Part shown: piece by piece, positions 51,862 through 63,871 of the stretch
Position numbering within the stretch: position 1 is the first letter of the stretch
Layout of the letters: each line of letters starts with the position of its first letter
DNA from: Scenedesmus sp. PABB004
Taxonomy: Eukaryota
NCBI GenBank assembly: GCA_014905635.1
Contig: JABVCE010000020.1
Location: forward strand, 496,001-560,000
Direction: 5' to 3'
Length of the DNA stretch: 64,000 nt
Translations under genes and position numbers: made by a program
Notes under the pieces: generated by a model
What the model saw: only the letters and a program-made list of their open reading frames with translations
What the model was told of the DNA's origin: nothing
Databases searched by the model: none

Positions 51862-52556
51862 GCCGCCGTGCCGCCCTGCCCGCCCCGCTGCGCGCGCTGC
51901 TGCTGCGCCTCGCGCCGCGCCGCCGCGCGCGCTGGCGACGCCCGGGCTCGGCGGCGGCGCTGATCCACGCGCAGAGAGCGGCGGGGTGTGCGCCGGCGGG
52001 GGCCGCCTGGGCAGCGCGGGCGTGCACGCGCCGCGGCGCGGAGGAACAGCAGACCGCGGCGCGCGGTCGGCGGCGCGTGCAGCAGGCTGCCAGCAGCGGC
52101 GCGGGTGCGGGCGGGGGAAGATCAGCTGTGGTGGCAGGCGCCTGCGGTGGTGAGCGAGTGCGGGCAGGGAGCGGGGAGAGCAGGGGGCGCGAGGCAGGTG
52201 TTGGCTGTTCGCGCCGCGCGCCGGTCGCTCCCCGCGCTCGCTCCCCGCGTGCTTCTGTGCCCGCGCCACCCGCCGCGCCGTCGCACACCCCGCCATCGCG
52301 CGCCAGGCCAGCGCCAGGAGCGTGCTGCTCCTCCCAGAGCCATCACCGCGCCCTCCCGCGCCGTGCAGCGGCCTCCAGGGGCGCCCCGTCGCCCATTGGC
52401 GAGCCTCTCGGCAGCTGGCAGCGCGGCGTCGGCCGGTCGGCGCAGCGGTGGTCGGCGCAGCGGCGGCCGGCGGCAGCGGGCAGCAGCGGCGTGCGCCGGC
52501 CGGGCGCCGCCGGCGCAGCCCCTCGCGCGGCCCTCCCGCCCCGCCCCCCGCGGCCC

Positions 52557-52820
52557 ATGGCGCTGGCGGGGCTGCTGACCGCGCTCGGGCGGTCGCGCGT
52601 GGTGCCGCGCACCGGCTGGAAGGTCCTGACCGGCAAGGAGCGGCGCACGTTCAACAAGGGCAAGCGCGCGATGCGGGCCGGCTTCCTGGACCGCCTCTCC
52701 AACTTCCGGCTCGTCCCCAGCATGCTGCCCGCGTACGTGGTGCCGAAGGACCTCGACGCGACCAAGCTCCGCCCATACGCCGCGCGGCGGCCGCGCGAGC
52801 AGCAGCCGGGCGCGCGGTAG
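52557..52820 (+). CDS. MRPL41: Mitochondrial ribosomal protein mL41, intronless
   Basis: LTGKERRTFNKGKRAMRAG...AYVVPKDLDATKLRPY fits the mL41/MRP-L27 pattern; 87 aa, basic. Confidence 0.8.
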   Translation: MALAGLLTALGRSRVVPRTGWKVLTGKERRTFNKGKRAMRAGFLDRLSNFRLVPSMLPAYVVPKDLDATKLRPYAARRPREQQPGAR

Positions 52821-53075
52821 CCACAGCGAGCACCGCGACGGCGGGCGGCGGGGCGCAGGGTGCGGGGCGCAGGGTGCGGGCCGGGGCGGCCGCCGCGGGG
52901 GCGCTGAGACGCGCCGCGCGGCGGGGCCCGCGCCGCCGGGGGCAGCAGGCGGGCTGCCCGGGCGCCGACGGCGACGGGGCGTGCCGGTAACCACGTCTCT
53001 GCGCGCAGCCGCGCCGGCCTCTGCTCAGAGCCGCGCGCCACCGCAGAGCCGCGCGCCGCCAAGGTCCGCCGCCGG

Positions 53076-53375
53076 CTACTTGCTGCCGCGCCCCCGGCGC
53101 AGCGCCTCGACCGCCTCCGACGCCACGTCAGCGTCCAGCCTGCGGCGGCGGCGGCGGCAGCGCTGGGCACGTCTGGGGGCGAGCGGCGGCGGCAGGGAGG
53201 CCGCCGGCGCCGGCGGGCGGGCTCACTTGGAGGTCAGCACCGTCTCCGCCACGGCGGCCTCGCGGTCGCTGATGCCCGCGCCGGCCGCCTCGCACGCGGC
53301 GAGCAGCTCGTCGTCGCTGAGCTTGCCGTTGGCCGCGTCCTCCGCCGCCGCGTAGAGCTGCTGCACCGCCGACAT
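53076..53375 (-). CDS. Spliced 70-aa hypothetical microprotein
   Basis: Exons 53375-53227 and 53139-53076 joined by a GTGAGC...GCAG intron; strongly GC3-biased codons. Confidence 0.6.
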
Positions 53376-53763
53376 CGGCGCCAGCAGAGGCCGGGGCGGC
53401 GACAGCGGCGGGGGCGGCAGCGGCGGGGCGGGCGGCGGCAGCGGGGCGCGGCAGCGGGCGCGGCAGCGGGCGCGGCAGCGGGCGCGGCAGCGGCAGCCGG
53501 CGCGATGGAGGGTGACGGGCGAGAGGCTCGCGCCCGACGCATGCATGCGAGCGCTGCGCAAAGCCGCCGCGCTTCGGCGGCGTGACGGCGCGGGCGCCTT
53601 CTGCGCTGGTCCAGCCGCCGCCGCTGGTCCCCCCGCACACGCACGAGGGGTGGCCGCGCGGTCTAGGAGATCGAGGAGGCCCGGCGCCGGGACCCCGCAC
53701 GCGCAGCGGCGCAGGCGGGCCCGGAGAGCGAGCGCCTCGCTCGCCCCGCGCGGGGCGGGCGGG

Positions 53764-54561
53764 ATGGTCTACATCCGGGATGGTGAGCGACAGAGGCAGC
53801 GGGGCAGCAGCAGCAGCGCGGTCGGGCTGCACGCGGCGCGGGACAGCGCGCCCTTCTCGCGAGCGCGCCCCAGCCGCGCGCGCGCGTGCCGCCGGGCCGC
53901 CGGGCCCGAGCGATGCCAGGCGGCCGCCCCCGGCGCTGCGGGGCCGGCCGGCGCCCCGGCGCGCCCGACCGCGGCAGCGCCCGACCGCGCCGCGCCGCTG
54001 CTCCGCCGCCGGCGCGCCACAGGCCAGGTGCAGGAGCGCCCTGGCTTCCGGGGGCTCAGCTCCATCGCGGAGCTGTTCATGGCCTTTATAAACTTCATCG
54101 TCGTCTTGTGAGGAGCCGCGCCCCAGGGGGCTGCAACAGCGGCGAACGGCGGCATCGGCGCCGGGGCGCCGGGGCGCCTCTGACGCCCGCCGTCCCCGCG
54201 TGCCCCGCCGCCTCGCGCCCGCGCAGCTTCCAGACGATCCTCGACCCCTCGGCCGCGTCCAACCTGCGCCCGCGCGGCGGCGGCGGCGGCGGCAGCGGCG
54301 GCAGCAGCGGCGGCTCGCGGCGGCCGGGCGGCGGGCGCGGCGGCGGCGGCGGCGGCGGCGGCGGGCGGATCGTGGGGATGGACAACCTCAAAGCAGACCA
54401 CGGTGAGCGGCAGCTGGCGGCGGCAGCGGCGGCGGCGGCAGCGGCGGCGCCGGCGCGCCGCCGGGCGCAGCCCGGGCGGCCCAAAGCTCACGCCCGCCCG
54501 CCCGCACGCACGGCCGCCGCGCGCAGCCGCCAAGTGCGGCGGGGGCGGCTGAGGTCGGTAA
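53764..54561 (+). CDS. SELENOK: Selenoprotein K, 104 aa, Sec encoded by TGA 54550-54552, 4 exons
   Basis: Exons 53764-53782, 54023-54107, 54227-54402 and 54527-54561 give MVYIRDGQVQER..LFMAFINFIVVFFQTILDP..Gly/Arg-rich..KCGGGG-U-GR-stop. A SECIS lies downstream. Confidence 0.95.
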
Positions 54562-54887
54562 GGGCGCTTGCCTAGCTTCCAGCCCGCGCCGGCGCGCGGC
54601 GCGCGGCAGCAGCGGCTGCCGCGCGCCGCGCCGCGCGGCTGGCAGCGGCAAGCGCCTGCGCCGCCCCAGGGGCGGCAGGGGCCCCAGGAACGGAGGGGAG
54701 CGCGCCCGGCGAGGTGCCGGCGGCTGGGGCCCCTTGGTTTGATGCTCCTGCAGCGGCTCCCGCGCGCAGGGGCGCCGCGCTCGCACGCATGGCCGCGCCG
54801 CGCCGCCCGCCGCCGCCGCCGCGCCGCCCCTGGGAAGCCGCGGCGGCAGGCGCGGCGGCGCAAGCCCATGCGTGCAGCGGCGCCCGA

Positions 54888-54964
54888 GCGCCACCGCGCT
54901 ATGAAGCCGCCAGCCAAATGCACCCCGCGTGCACGCTGGCGTGCAGACCCCCAGCGGTGTGCGC
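54888..54964 (+). promoter_or_regulatory. Type II SECIS element in the SELENOK 3' UTR
   Basis: ATGAA 54901; helix II gccgccagc/gctggcgtgc; unpaired AAA 54916-54918; mini-stem tgcac/gtgca; AGAC 54945; helix I gcgc-caccgc/gcggtg-tgcgc. Confidence 0.92.
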
Positions 54965-55407
54965 GCTGCGCGCTCTCTTGCACGGAGCGCTGCGCTGTGC
55001 TTGGACACCTCCGCGTGGGCGGCGCCGGCGCGCGCGCATGCCCGCGGCATGCGCGCCGCGGCGCCGCGCCCCCGCCCTGCGCATGAAGCCGCCGCGCCCA
55101 CCGCCCGCCGCTCGCGCGGTGGGCGAGCGCGGCGGCGGACCCCCTGCAGGGCGGGGACTGCGCGGCACCCCTGACTCTCTCTCTCTTGCTTGGTTGTGGT
55201 GCGGCCGGGCGCGCTGCGCAGCGGCGTGCGCGCGGTGCGGTTCTGTCGTGCGTTCTCTCGTGCGTTTACAACGGCTGCAGCGTGTGACAAAGTCGAACAC
55301 CTCTGTGCGCGAGCATACGGGGTAAATGACCTGGACCTTGACCTAACACCTCGCTGCCAAAACTTTGCGCGCCCGCGTGGGCAGCGCCGTGCCCCGCCCC
55401 CGACCAT

Positions 55408-56100
55408 TCACTCGCGCTTCACGCGCAGCTCGGCGCCCGCCTCCTCCGCCAGCGGCGACGCGACCCAGGCCTGGAACGCCGCCGCGACGCGCGCGCCAAA
55501 CGCCTGCCCGCCGTCCGCCGCGTCCTCGGCCGCGCCGCCGGTGGGCGCCTCGGCGACCGCCGCCGCCGGGCGCGCCGCCGCCGCGGCCGCCGCGGCCAGG
55601 CCAGCGGCGGCGAGCGGCGCGGGCGCGGCGGCCGCGACCGCCTGCAGCGCGCCGCCGCCGCCGGCCTCGTGCGCGGGCGCGCCTCGTGACAGCAGCTGCT
55701 GCTCTCCGAACCACGCGAGCATCGCCGCCGCGGTCTGTGAGATCGCTGCGTCCCGCGGCATGGGGCCTGCCCGCCGCGCGTCGGACGGGTGCGGCGGGCG
55801 GCGCGAGCGTCAGCCGGCGCCCCACGGGCCGCCGGCGGCGCCGGCGGCAGAGCGCGGGCGGCAGAATGCGGCAGAACGTGGCGGCAGCAGGGCAGCAACA
55901 GCTGCGGCAGCGCACGGGCGCACCGCCGCCAAAGATGCGGTCCAGAAGCCAGGTCTCAACGCCGGTGGGCGGCTTCATAAACGTGGTGTGCCCCGCGCGG
56001 CGCAGCACGAGCGCCCACGACCCCGCCGGCGCGGCCGCCTCGAACGCGCGCCAGTTGCTGCCCTCCGGGTTGGAGCTGCCGACGATGCCCGCGGCTACGC

Positions 56101-56159
<59 letters not shown>

Positions 56160-57385
56160 GGCGCCGCGCGCGCGCGCACGCGCGGGCGGGGGCGCGGCGG
56201 GGAGCGGCGGCGCGTGGGGGCGCGGCGCACCCGCCATGCCAAACGGCCGCCCCGCGGCGCGCAGCGCCTTGGTGGCCGAGGGGTACTCGGCAGACTCGGC
56301 GGTGAACCTGCGGCGGTCGCGCCAGCGGCGCCAGCGCGGCGGCGGCGGGCGGCGTCGGCCCAGCAGCACGCCCCTCCACGCGGCGGCTCCGGCATGGCCC
56401 CCTCGACCCCTGAACCCTTGAGCCCTGAACCCTTGAGCCCTCAGCCAGGCCGCCGCACGCACTTGGTGTTGTCGACTGGATCAATCAGAAAGGCGCCCCG
56501 CAGCGGCACGCCGCCCACGGCGCCGGCCGCGTAGTGCAGGGCCGCGAGCTTGCCGCCGCGCGAGTGCCCGCCGACGAGCAGGCGCGTGAGGTCGGCGCGC
56601 CTGCGCAAGCAGGCATCGCGGCGGCGGCGGCGTCACGGCGGCGGCGGCGGCGGCGGTGGGCCTGGCCGCGCGGCGCGCACGCGCGCGGCGCGTGCCGACG
56701 CGCGGGGGCGCGGCCGCGGTGGCGCACCCCTGCAGCGCGGGCTGGCTCTCCGCCGCGGCCTTGAGCCAGGTGACCACCTCGCCCAGGAAGGGCAGCTCCG
56801 CGGCGTCAGGGATGATGGTCAGGGCCTGGCGGCAGGGCGCGGCGTCGGGGCGCGGCGTCGGGGCGCGGCGTCGGCCGCGGCGTCCGCTCGCTGCGCCTCC
56901 GGGGACGCGCGCGCGGCCGGCGCGAGGCGGCCTCGCTCGCTCACCGGCGCGTTGTACTGGCAGACCACGACGCCCCACGACGCGAGGCGGCGCGCGAGCG
57001 GCGTGTAGTAGCTGGCGCGCGCCTGGCGCGGCGCGGCGCGGCGGGTTCGGCGTGGGGCGGGTCGGGCCGGCTGCACAGCGCGCGCGCGCGCGCGCGCGTA
57101 TCGCGCTGCCGCCGGCCGTGCTGCGGGCGCGCGCCGGCCGCGGCTGCCGCTGCGGTGTGCGCAGCGCGGCACCTGGAAGCCGTTGAGGAGTAAGAGCACG
57201 GGAAAAGGCCCCGGCGGCACGGCCGCGGTCGGCGTCGCCGCCGCCGGCACCGTCGCGACCAGCGGCAGCCGCACGGGGCGCCGCCCCTTCACCGCGCAGG
57301 GGCGCTCCGCCTCGACGTGGTCGTGGAGCACGCTCCAAACGTACGGCCCCTCGCGCAGCAGCGCGTCGGGCGGGAGCGCTGCCAT
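55408..57385 (-). CDS. CLH: Chlorophyllase-like alpha/beta hydrolase, about 7 exons
   Basis: GPFPVLLLLNGF, LASWGVVV, GGHSRGGKLA (nucleophile elbow), LIDPVD, AGHTTFM; TGTAA on - strand near 55266-55270. Confidence 0.85.
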
Positions 57386-57978
57386 GCCGCCAGCGAGCTG
57401 CTGGTGCAGCGCGGCGGGGGCGGCGCGGCGCGGCGCGGCGGGGGCGGCGGGGGCGGGGCGGCGCAGCGCTGCGGGGGCGGCGCGGGTGAGGCCCAGGGCA
57501 GCGCGCTGCAACCCCGCACCCGCATGGATGCGGGGGCGCCAGGGCGTCGGCGGCGCTCGCGCGCACGCGGCAGCGGCGCGCCGCTGTCGACGCCGTCGCC
57601 CGGCCGCCGCAGCTGCCCGTACCTTCGCTGTCACGAGGGTGGGTCGATGCGCGCTCACTGCGGAGGCTGGGCAGCTGGCAGGCAGCGGTCGCGGCACGGC
57701 GACGGAGCGCCGGCGCGGGCAGTCGGCGAGGCGCTGCTGCGGCCGCGCCGGAGCCCTGGCGCGTGGGGAGGGTGGGCGCTTGAGCTGCAGGGCCGCTGGT
57801 GGGGAGCGCCCGTTGCTGCAGGGCTCGGGGCCGGGCGCCCTAAACCGCCGAGACCGCCACCCGCCGTCGCCGCTCGAACGCGCGCCGTCACAGCCCAGAC
57901 CCCGACCCAAAAGACCCTGCCCAGGCGAGACCCAGGGCGGCACCCAGACAGACAGCAGCCCGAGGCCCACGCGCTGAG

Positions 57979-60900
57979 TCAGTACGTCGCCTCGACGTGC
58001 ACGTCGCACGCACGCAGGTCCTGCAGCACCGCATAGCCGCCCCAGCGCTCGAGCGCGGCGTGCAGGAACGTCGGGACGTGCAGCGACACCAGCCCCCGCA
58101 GCGCGGCGAGCAGGCTTGGCGCCGGCGCGGGCGCGAGCGCGTCGCCGACGTGCCACCGCAGCACGCGCAGGCGGGCCAGGCCCGACAGGCCTGCGAGGCC
58201 GCCGTGCGTCAGGCCCTGGTTGCCTGCGGGGCGCACGCGCGGCGGCGGCGACGCGCGGTGCAGAGGGGCGCGTGGGCGGCGGCGAGCGAGGCGCGCGGCG
58301 CCGCGGCGGCCGCCCCGCGGCGCCCCGCCCGCGAGGCCCGCCGCCGCGCACCGATGCCGAGCACCGCGAGGCTGGTCAGCCCGCGCAGCGCGGCGCCGCC
58401 GTCGGGCGCCGGGCCCGCGGCGGCGGCGGCGAGCAGCGCGTCGTTGAGCTGGCTCGGGTGAAACTCTGCGAGCTCGAGGTCCTCCAGCGCGCCCAGCCCG
58501 CGCAGCAGCGCCACGAGCGGCTCCGGGCCGGCGGCGCCCGCGGCGGCGCAGCCGGGCGCGGCGCCCCGCTGCGGCGGCGGCGGCGGCGGCGGCGGAGCCC
58601 AGCCGCGCTGCAGCCAGCAGTGCGACAGGCTCAGCACGGTGAGCGACTCCCTGCGGCGCCGCGGCGCGGCGGGCAAAGGGGGCGGGGTCAGCGGGCGTGA
58701 CGCAGGCGCGGGTCGCAGCCGCGCGCGCCTGGCGCCGGCGAGCGCCGCGCCCGCGCTCGCTCTGCGGCCGCGCCGCCGCCGCGCACGCGAAGGGTGGGAA
58801 GCGGGGGACGTCGAGCGAGCAGCACGTGAGGTGCAGGGTCTGCAGCCCGGCCGGCAACGCGCCGAGCGAGAGCCGCGCGGCGAGCAGCTCGTGCGGCGAC
58901 GCCACGGCGGCGGCGCCGCGCCGCGCCGGCGCGGGCGCAGCCATCGCCGCGTCGATCGCCTCCGCTGACGGCGTGAACTGCAGGACGAGGCGCGTCAGCG
59001 CCGTCAGGCACCGGAAGTCCCACACCGTGCCGTCCGGCACCGCGGTGGGGCTGAGCCCGCGCAGCCCGAGCGAGTCGAGGCCCGGCCACGCGGCCAGGAG
59101 CGACGCCAGGCTTGCGGGCGCGGGCTGCGCCGCGGCGGCGGCCGCTGCGACGCCGGACAGCTGCGGGGCGGGGGCGCGAGGCGGCCGGCAGCGCGCGTCG
59201 GTGCGGCGGCGCGGCGCCAACGCCAACCGCGCGCGCCGCCCCCGCCGCGCACCCGCTTGCTCGTGCGGCGCACGCGCGTGCTCGTCTGGTCGCGGCCGCC
59301 GTCGCTGTCGCGCTGCGGCTCGGCGTTGCCGCCGCCGCCGCTGCCCGCGTCGCCGAAGCGGACGGCCAGGCCGGGCGTGGGCGTGACGTGCACGTAGAGC
59401 TTGCGCAGCGCGCATAGCGCGCGCAGCGGGCCCAGGTCGACCAGCGGCGCCGGCGCGCGCGGCGGCGCGACCTGCAGCTCCAGCAAGGTGAGGCCCGGCA
59501 GCCGCGCGGCGATGAGCTCAATCACGTCCGCCTCCCAGGCGACGCCTAGCAGGCTCAGCCCGCACAGCGCGCTGTGGAGCGACGCAAACACGCCCGGCAG
59601 CTCCGCGTTGGGCGGGCCCGCGGGCGCGACGCGCCTGCAGAGCCTGCGACGCCGCAGCGCGCGGGTGGGCGGCGGCGGGCCGCGCGGGTCGGCGGCCCGC
59701 GGCGCGCGGCGCGGCGGCGCCGCTGGGGCGCAGGGGAGCGGCGCGGCCCGCACCGCAGATTCAGCTCCCGCACGTGCGCCAGACCGCCCGCGGCGGCGGA
59801 CCACGCCGCGCCGCTGCCCTCGCTGCCGACCGCGAGCCGCCTCAGCTGCGTGAGCCCGGTAAGGCAGCTGGTGAGGCAGCTCGTGTGGCACTCTGGGATC
59901 GGGCCGACCAGCTGCAGGGAGGTGAGGGCCTTGAGCTTGGCGAGCGGCTTGAAGGCCGTGCTCACGGGGCCGACGGGCTCCGCCAGCTGAAATTCGAGGT
60001 GCTGCAAGCTGGTGAGCCGGCCCAGCTGGGCCATGTGCTCCACGCGCAGCCCGCGCCACTCGCTGCCGCCGGGCCCGGGCGCCAGCCACGAGGGCGGCCG
60101 GAACTTGGGCAGCTGGCCGCGCTGCGGCTGCATGCCGAGGCGGATGTCCAGCGCCTTGAGCGAGCAGCGCTCCAGCGCGCCCAGCAGGCTCTGCGGCGGC
60201 GGCGGCGGCGGCGGCGGCGCGGCGGCGCGCCCGGTGTGAGGGCGTTCATGCTTTTGACGCACACGCCGGCCGGGGTCGGTGCGCGCCCGCACCTTGACCG
60301 CAGCGTCGGGCAGCGTCAAGCCCTCGAGCTTGAGGCTGGTCAGGCCGTGCACCGGCCGGAGCACGAGCCCCGCGTCGACGAGGGGGCGCGCGCCCGGCAG
60401 CACGCCCGCGTGCGGCGTGGTGGACGCGAGGAACGTCAGCGTGACGTGCCGCAGACCGGGCAGCACCGCGGCGCGCGCCGCCGCGCGGGGCCGCGCGCCG
60501 GCCTGGCCGTCGCGCCCGCTGAGCAGCAGGCGCAGCTCGCGCAGGCCCGGGCTGTGCGACGACAGCGACGCGAGCGCGCGCGCGGGCGGCGTGGCGTCGC
60601 TGCACACCAGCGTCGCGCGGGTGATGCCTGCGGGCGCAGGCAGGGGGCGGGGGGGGGGGTGCTTGTGCTGGCAGGAGGTCCAGCGGCGGCGCGGCGTCCA
60701 CGCTCAAAACGCGTCGGCGGCGCGCTCAACAAAATGCGCCGGCGATGCCGCGCAGCGGCTGTGCGACGTGGCTGCACGACAGGGAGGCCGTGAGCGCGCG
60801 TCCTGCAAGCCCTGGGCCGCGCGGGCGCTTGCAGGAGGGGCGGCGGCACGCGCCGCCATCACGCGCCGCCGCCCGCGATTGGCGCTCCCATCGCGCCCGG

Positions 60901-61193
60901 GCGATCCCCGCGCGCGGCCTCATTCGCCGGCATATTTGTAAGTGCCGCGATCTTGCCGGGGGCGCGGCAGCCGGCGCGCTGTGGGCCGCGGACGCACCAG
61001 CGCGCAGCGTCGCCGCCCAGGCCTTGCAAACGAGCGCCGCGTTGCCCACGTCCTCCTGGCTCAGGCGTCGGCTGATGAGGTTCAGAACCTCGCCAGGCAG
61101 CGCCGTGAGGGGCTCCGCCGTGGGCGGCAGCACAGAGCCCGGCGGCGCCCCGAGCGCGCGCGAGCGACGGGGGGCGTGCGAGGCGGCGCCCAT
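57979..61193 (-). CDS. F-box / leucine-rich-repeat protein, multi-exon
   Basis: F-box LTALPGEVLNLISRRLSQEDVGNAALVCKAW followed by many LxxLxL repeats (GLTSLKLEG, LTSLQHLEF, LTQLRRLAV, LARLRVLRW). Confidence 0.8.
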
Positions 61194-61593
61194 GCCGGCG
61201 GCGCCGAGAGGGGACGTGTGTGCACACGTGCCGGCGTGCGAGTGGCGGGCTGGCCGGGCGCTGTCGGGCGCCAGGGCCTGCAAACGCGGCGCCGTCGTTT
61301 CGTTCGAGCGGCGGTACCCCGCCGCGCAGACACGCGCGCCGCCCTCCCTCCCCCTCCCCGCACATGGACCGGCACTCCCTGCGTCCCTTCCACGCCGGCG
61401 TCCCTGCACGCGCGCAGCGCACACACGCGGAACGGCGCCTTGGCATCGCAGCAGCAGCAGCCCCCCGGCGCCTCTGCCCCACGCCGCGGGTCGCACGCCC
61501 CTCCCGGTCGCGGATCGTCAATCCAGGGAGCGACCAGCGCGGTGCGGGAGGACTGCGCTCACCGCAGGCGCCGCGGCAACGTTTGGCGGCACG

Positions 61594-63366
61594 ATGGTCG
61601 GCGCCGCCGCCCCGGGCGCGGCCGGGCTGCGGGAGCAGGGGAACGCGCTGTTCAAGGCGGGCGACTTCCTGAAGGCCGCCGCCAAGGTGGGGCCTCGGGG
61701 GCGTCGCGCGTTTGTGCGTTCGCGCAGTGGCCCGGCGCGTCGGCGGCCCTGGCACGAAGCGCCGCCGCGGCGCCGCCGCCGCAGTACACCGCGGCGCTGC
61801 GCGAGCCGGGCACGCCCGACGCCGACGCGGCGCGGCTCTACAGCAACCGCTCGGCGGCGCTGCTCAAGCTGAACAAGGTGGCCAAGGCGCTCGCGGACGC
61901 GGAGGCCGCGGTGCGGCTGGACCCGGGCTGGGACAAGGCCCACATGCGCATGGCGCTCGCGCTGGAGAGCGCGGAGCGCCTCGAGGAGGTGCGGCGGCGG
62001 CGCAGGGCGGCGGCGGGTGGCGGCGCCGGGGGGCGGATGGGCGGGCAGCGCGGCGGCGCACCGCTCGACGCGCTGCGCGGCGATGCAGGCGCTCGCTGCG
62101 TACCAGAGGGCCGCCGCCGCGGCCGCGGCGGGCGCGGACGCCGAGTACGCCGCGCGCGTCAAGGCGCTGACAAAGGCGGTCGGCCGGCGCGCCTCGACGG
62201 CGGCCAAGGTCGCCAAGTCAAAGGCGCGCGACCGCGCGGCCGCAGGGGGACGCGCGGGCGCTGCGGCGCGGCGCCGCCGCAGCAGCAGCGGCGGCGCGAG
62301 CCCCGCCCGCCGCCCGGCCGCGCCGCGCAGGCGCGGCACTCGCCTGCCGAGGCGGCGGCGCTGGAGTGGGCGGAGGCCAAGTGCGCGTACGCGCTCGAGC
62401 GCGCGCGCGACGAGGGCACAGGCTTTGCGCCCGAGCTCCACTTCCTGCAAGGTGCGCGCCGGCGCAGGCGCTGGTGCTGGCCGGCGTGCCGCGCCAGCGC
62501 CGGCGCGTGCTGCAGCGGCGCGGCCGCCCGAGCCGGCGCCGCGGCGCGCGCCGCCCGCGCAGGCCGCGGCACCAGCGGCGGCGGCGCCGCCGCCGCCAGC
62601 GGCGAGGTCGCCGTGCGCGCGGCGCGCGCGTTTGACGCGCCGGAGGTGCTCGCGGAGTTCGTCGGCCAGGTTTGTGCGCCCGGGGGCAGGCTGGCGAGCG
62701 CCGGCGAAGCGGGCGCGCCGTGCTGCCGCGCTCCCTTGCCCGACGCACGCGCCGCCGCGCCCGCGCCCGCGCCCGCCCCGCCAGATGCGCAGCAAGGCGG
62801 AGGAGCTGGGCGCGCGGGCCGTGCTGCTCATCGCGCCCAAGCAGGCCGTGGCGTTCCCGCAGGCGCGGCTCCGCGCGCCCGCGGCCGGCCGCCTGGCGCA
62901 GCTGCTCGCGGCCGGGCGGCGCGCGGGCGCGCCGACCGCGCCGCGCCGCGCCGCCCGCCCGCCGACGCGCGCCCGCTGTGCGTCCGCGTGTGCAGACGTG
63001 GCGCCGCGCCGACTGGCCGTTTGCCGCGCACGACGGCGTGTTTGTGCAGCTGCAGGCGACGGTCGCGGCGGCGCCGGCAGACAGCGCGGGCGGGCGGCCC
63101 GACCAGGCGGCCAAGGGCGCGGGCGAGGGCAGCAGCGTGCTGCGCCGCGTGTGGTTCATTCGCATGCGCGACGGCAAGCCCCCGCTGTGAGCGCCGCCGC
63201 AGCGCTCAGGCCGGGCGCGACTGCCCTGGGCGGCACCGCGCGGCGGCGCGCCGCGCCAGCCGCGCGCCTCACCGCCGCCCGCCGCGGCGCGCCTGCCGCC
63301 GCTGCCCGCAGGGAGGCGCAGGAGGTGGGCCAGGAGTTCGAGCTGCTGCCGCTGGTTCTGAAGTGA
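61594..63366 (+). CDS. Carboxylate-clamp TPR co-chaperone-like protein (plant TPR3-like), 8 exons
   Basis: LREQGNALFKAGDFLKAAAKY, LYSNRSAALLKL, ALADAE..LDPGWDKAH, and C-terminal AFPQTW..HDGVFVQ..LRRVWFI; TGTAA at 63388. Confidence 0.85.
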
Positions 63367-63871
63367 CGCGGCGGCGGGCGCGTGTGTTGTAACCGCGGGC
63401 TGCTTCGAGGTGCTTACCGCCGCCAGCAAGCAAGGGAGTGCATGCAGGCCTCAGTCTGCGGTCGCGTCGCAGCGACCGCGGCGCCCCCCCCCCCAGGCGG
63501 CGCCCGCGCCGCCGCGCTGGCGGCGGCGCTGGCGGCACACGAGGGCCGGCCGGGCCCGCGGGCCAAAAATGGATGTGCGCTCGTTGCAGCACAACGGGAC
63601 AAATCACTGCCAAGCCCCTCCTGCTCTAAACCTGCCCACGCGAAGCTCGCCGTCGCGCCGGGGCGGTGGCCCCGGCCGCGCGCAATAGGCACCGCTGCCG
63701 CCGCCCTGCTCTGCCCCCCGCGCGCTCGTGCTGCGGCGCCGTCGCGGCGCGCGCACATTCAAGTGATGCATGGGCGAGTGGCCAGACCCACCCGATGCCC
63801 CGCGGCGGCGCGGGCGCGGCTGCCGCTGCAGCCGCGCGCCGCGCCGCGCCGCGCAGCTGCCGGGCGCCGGC

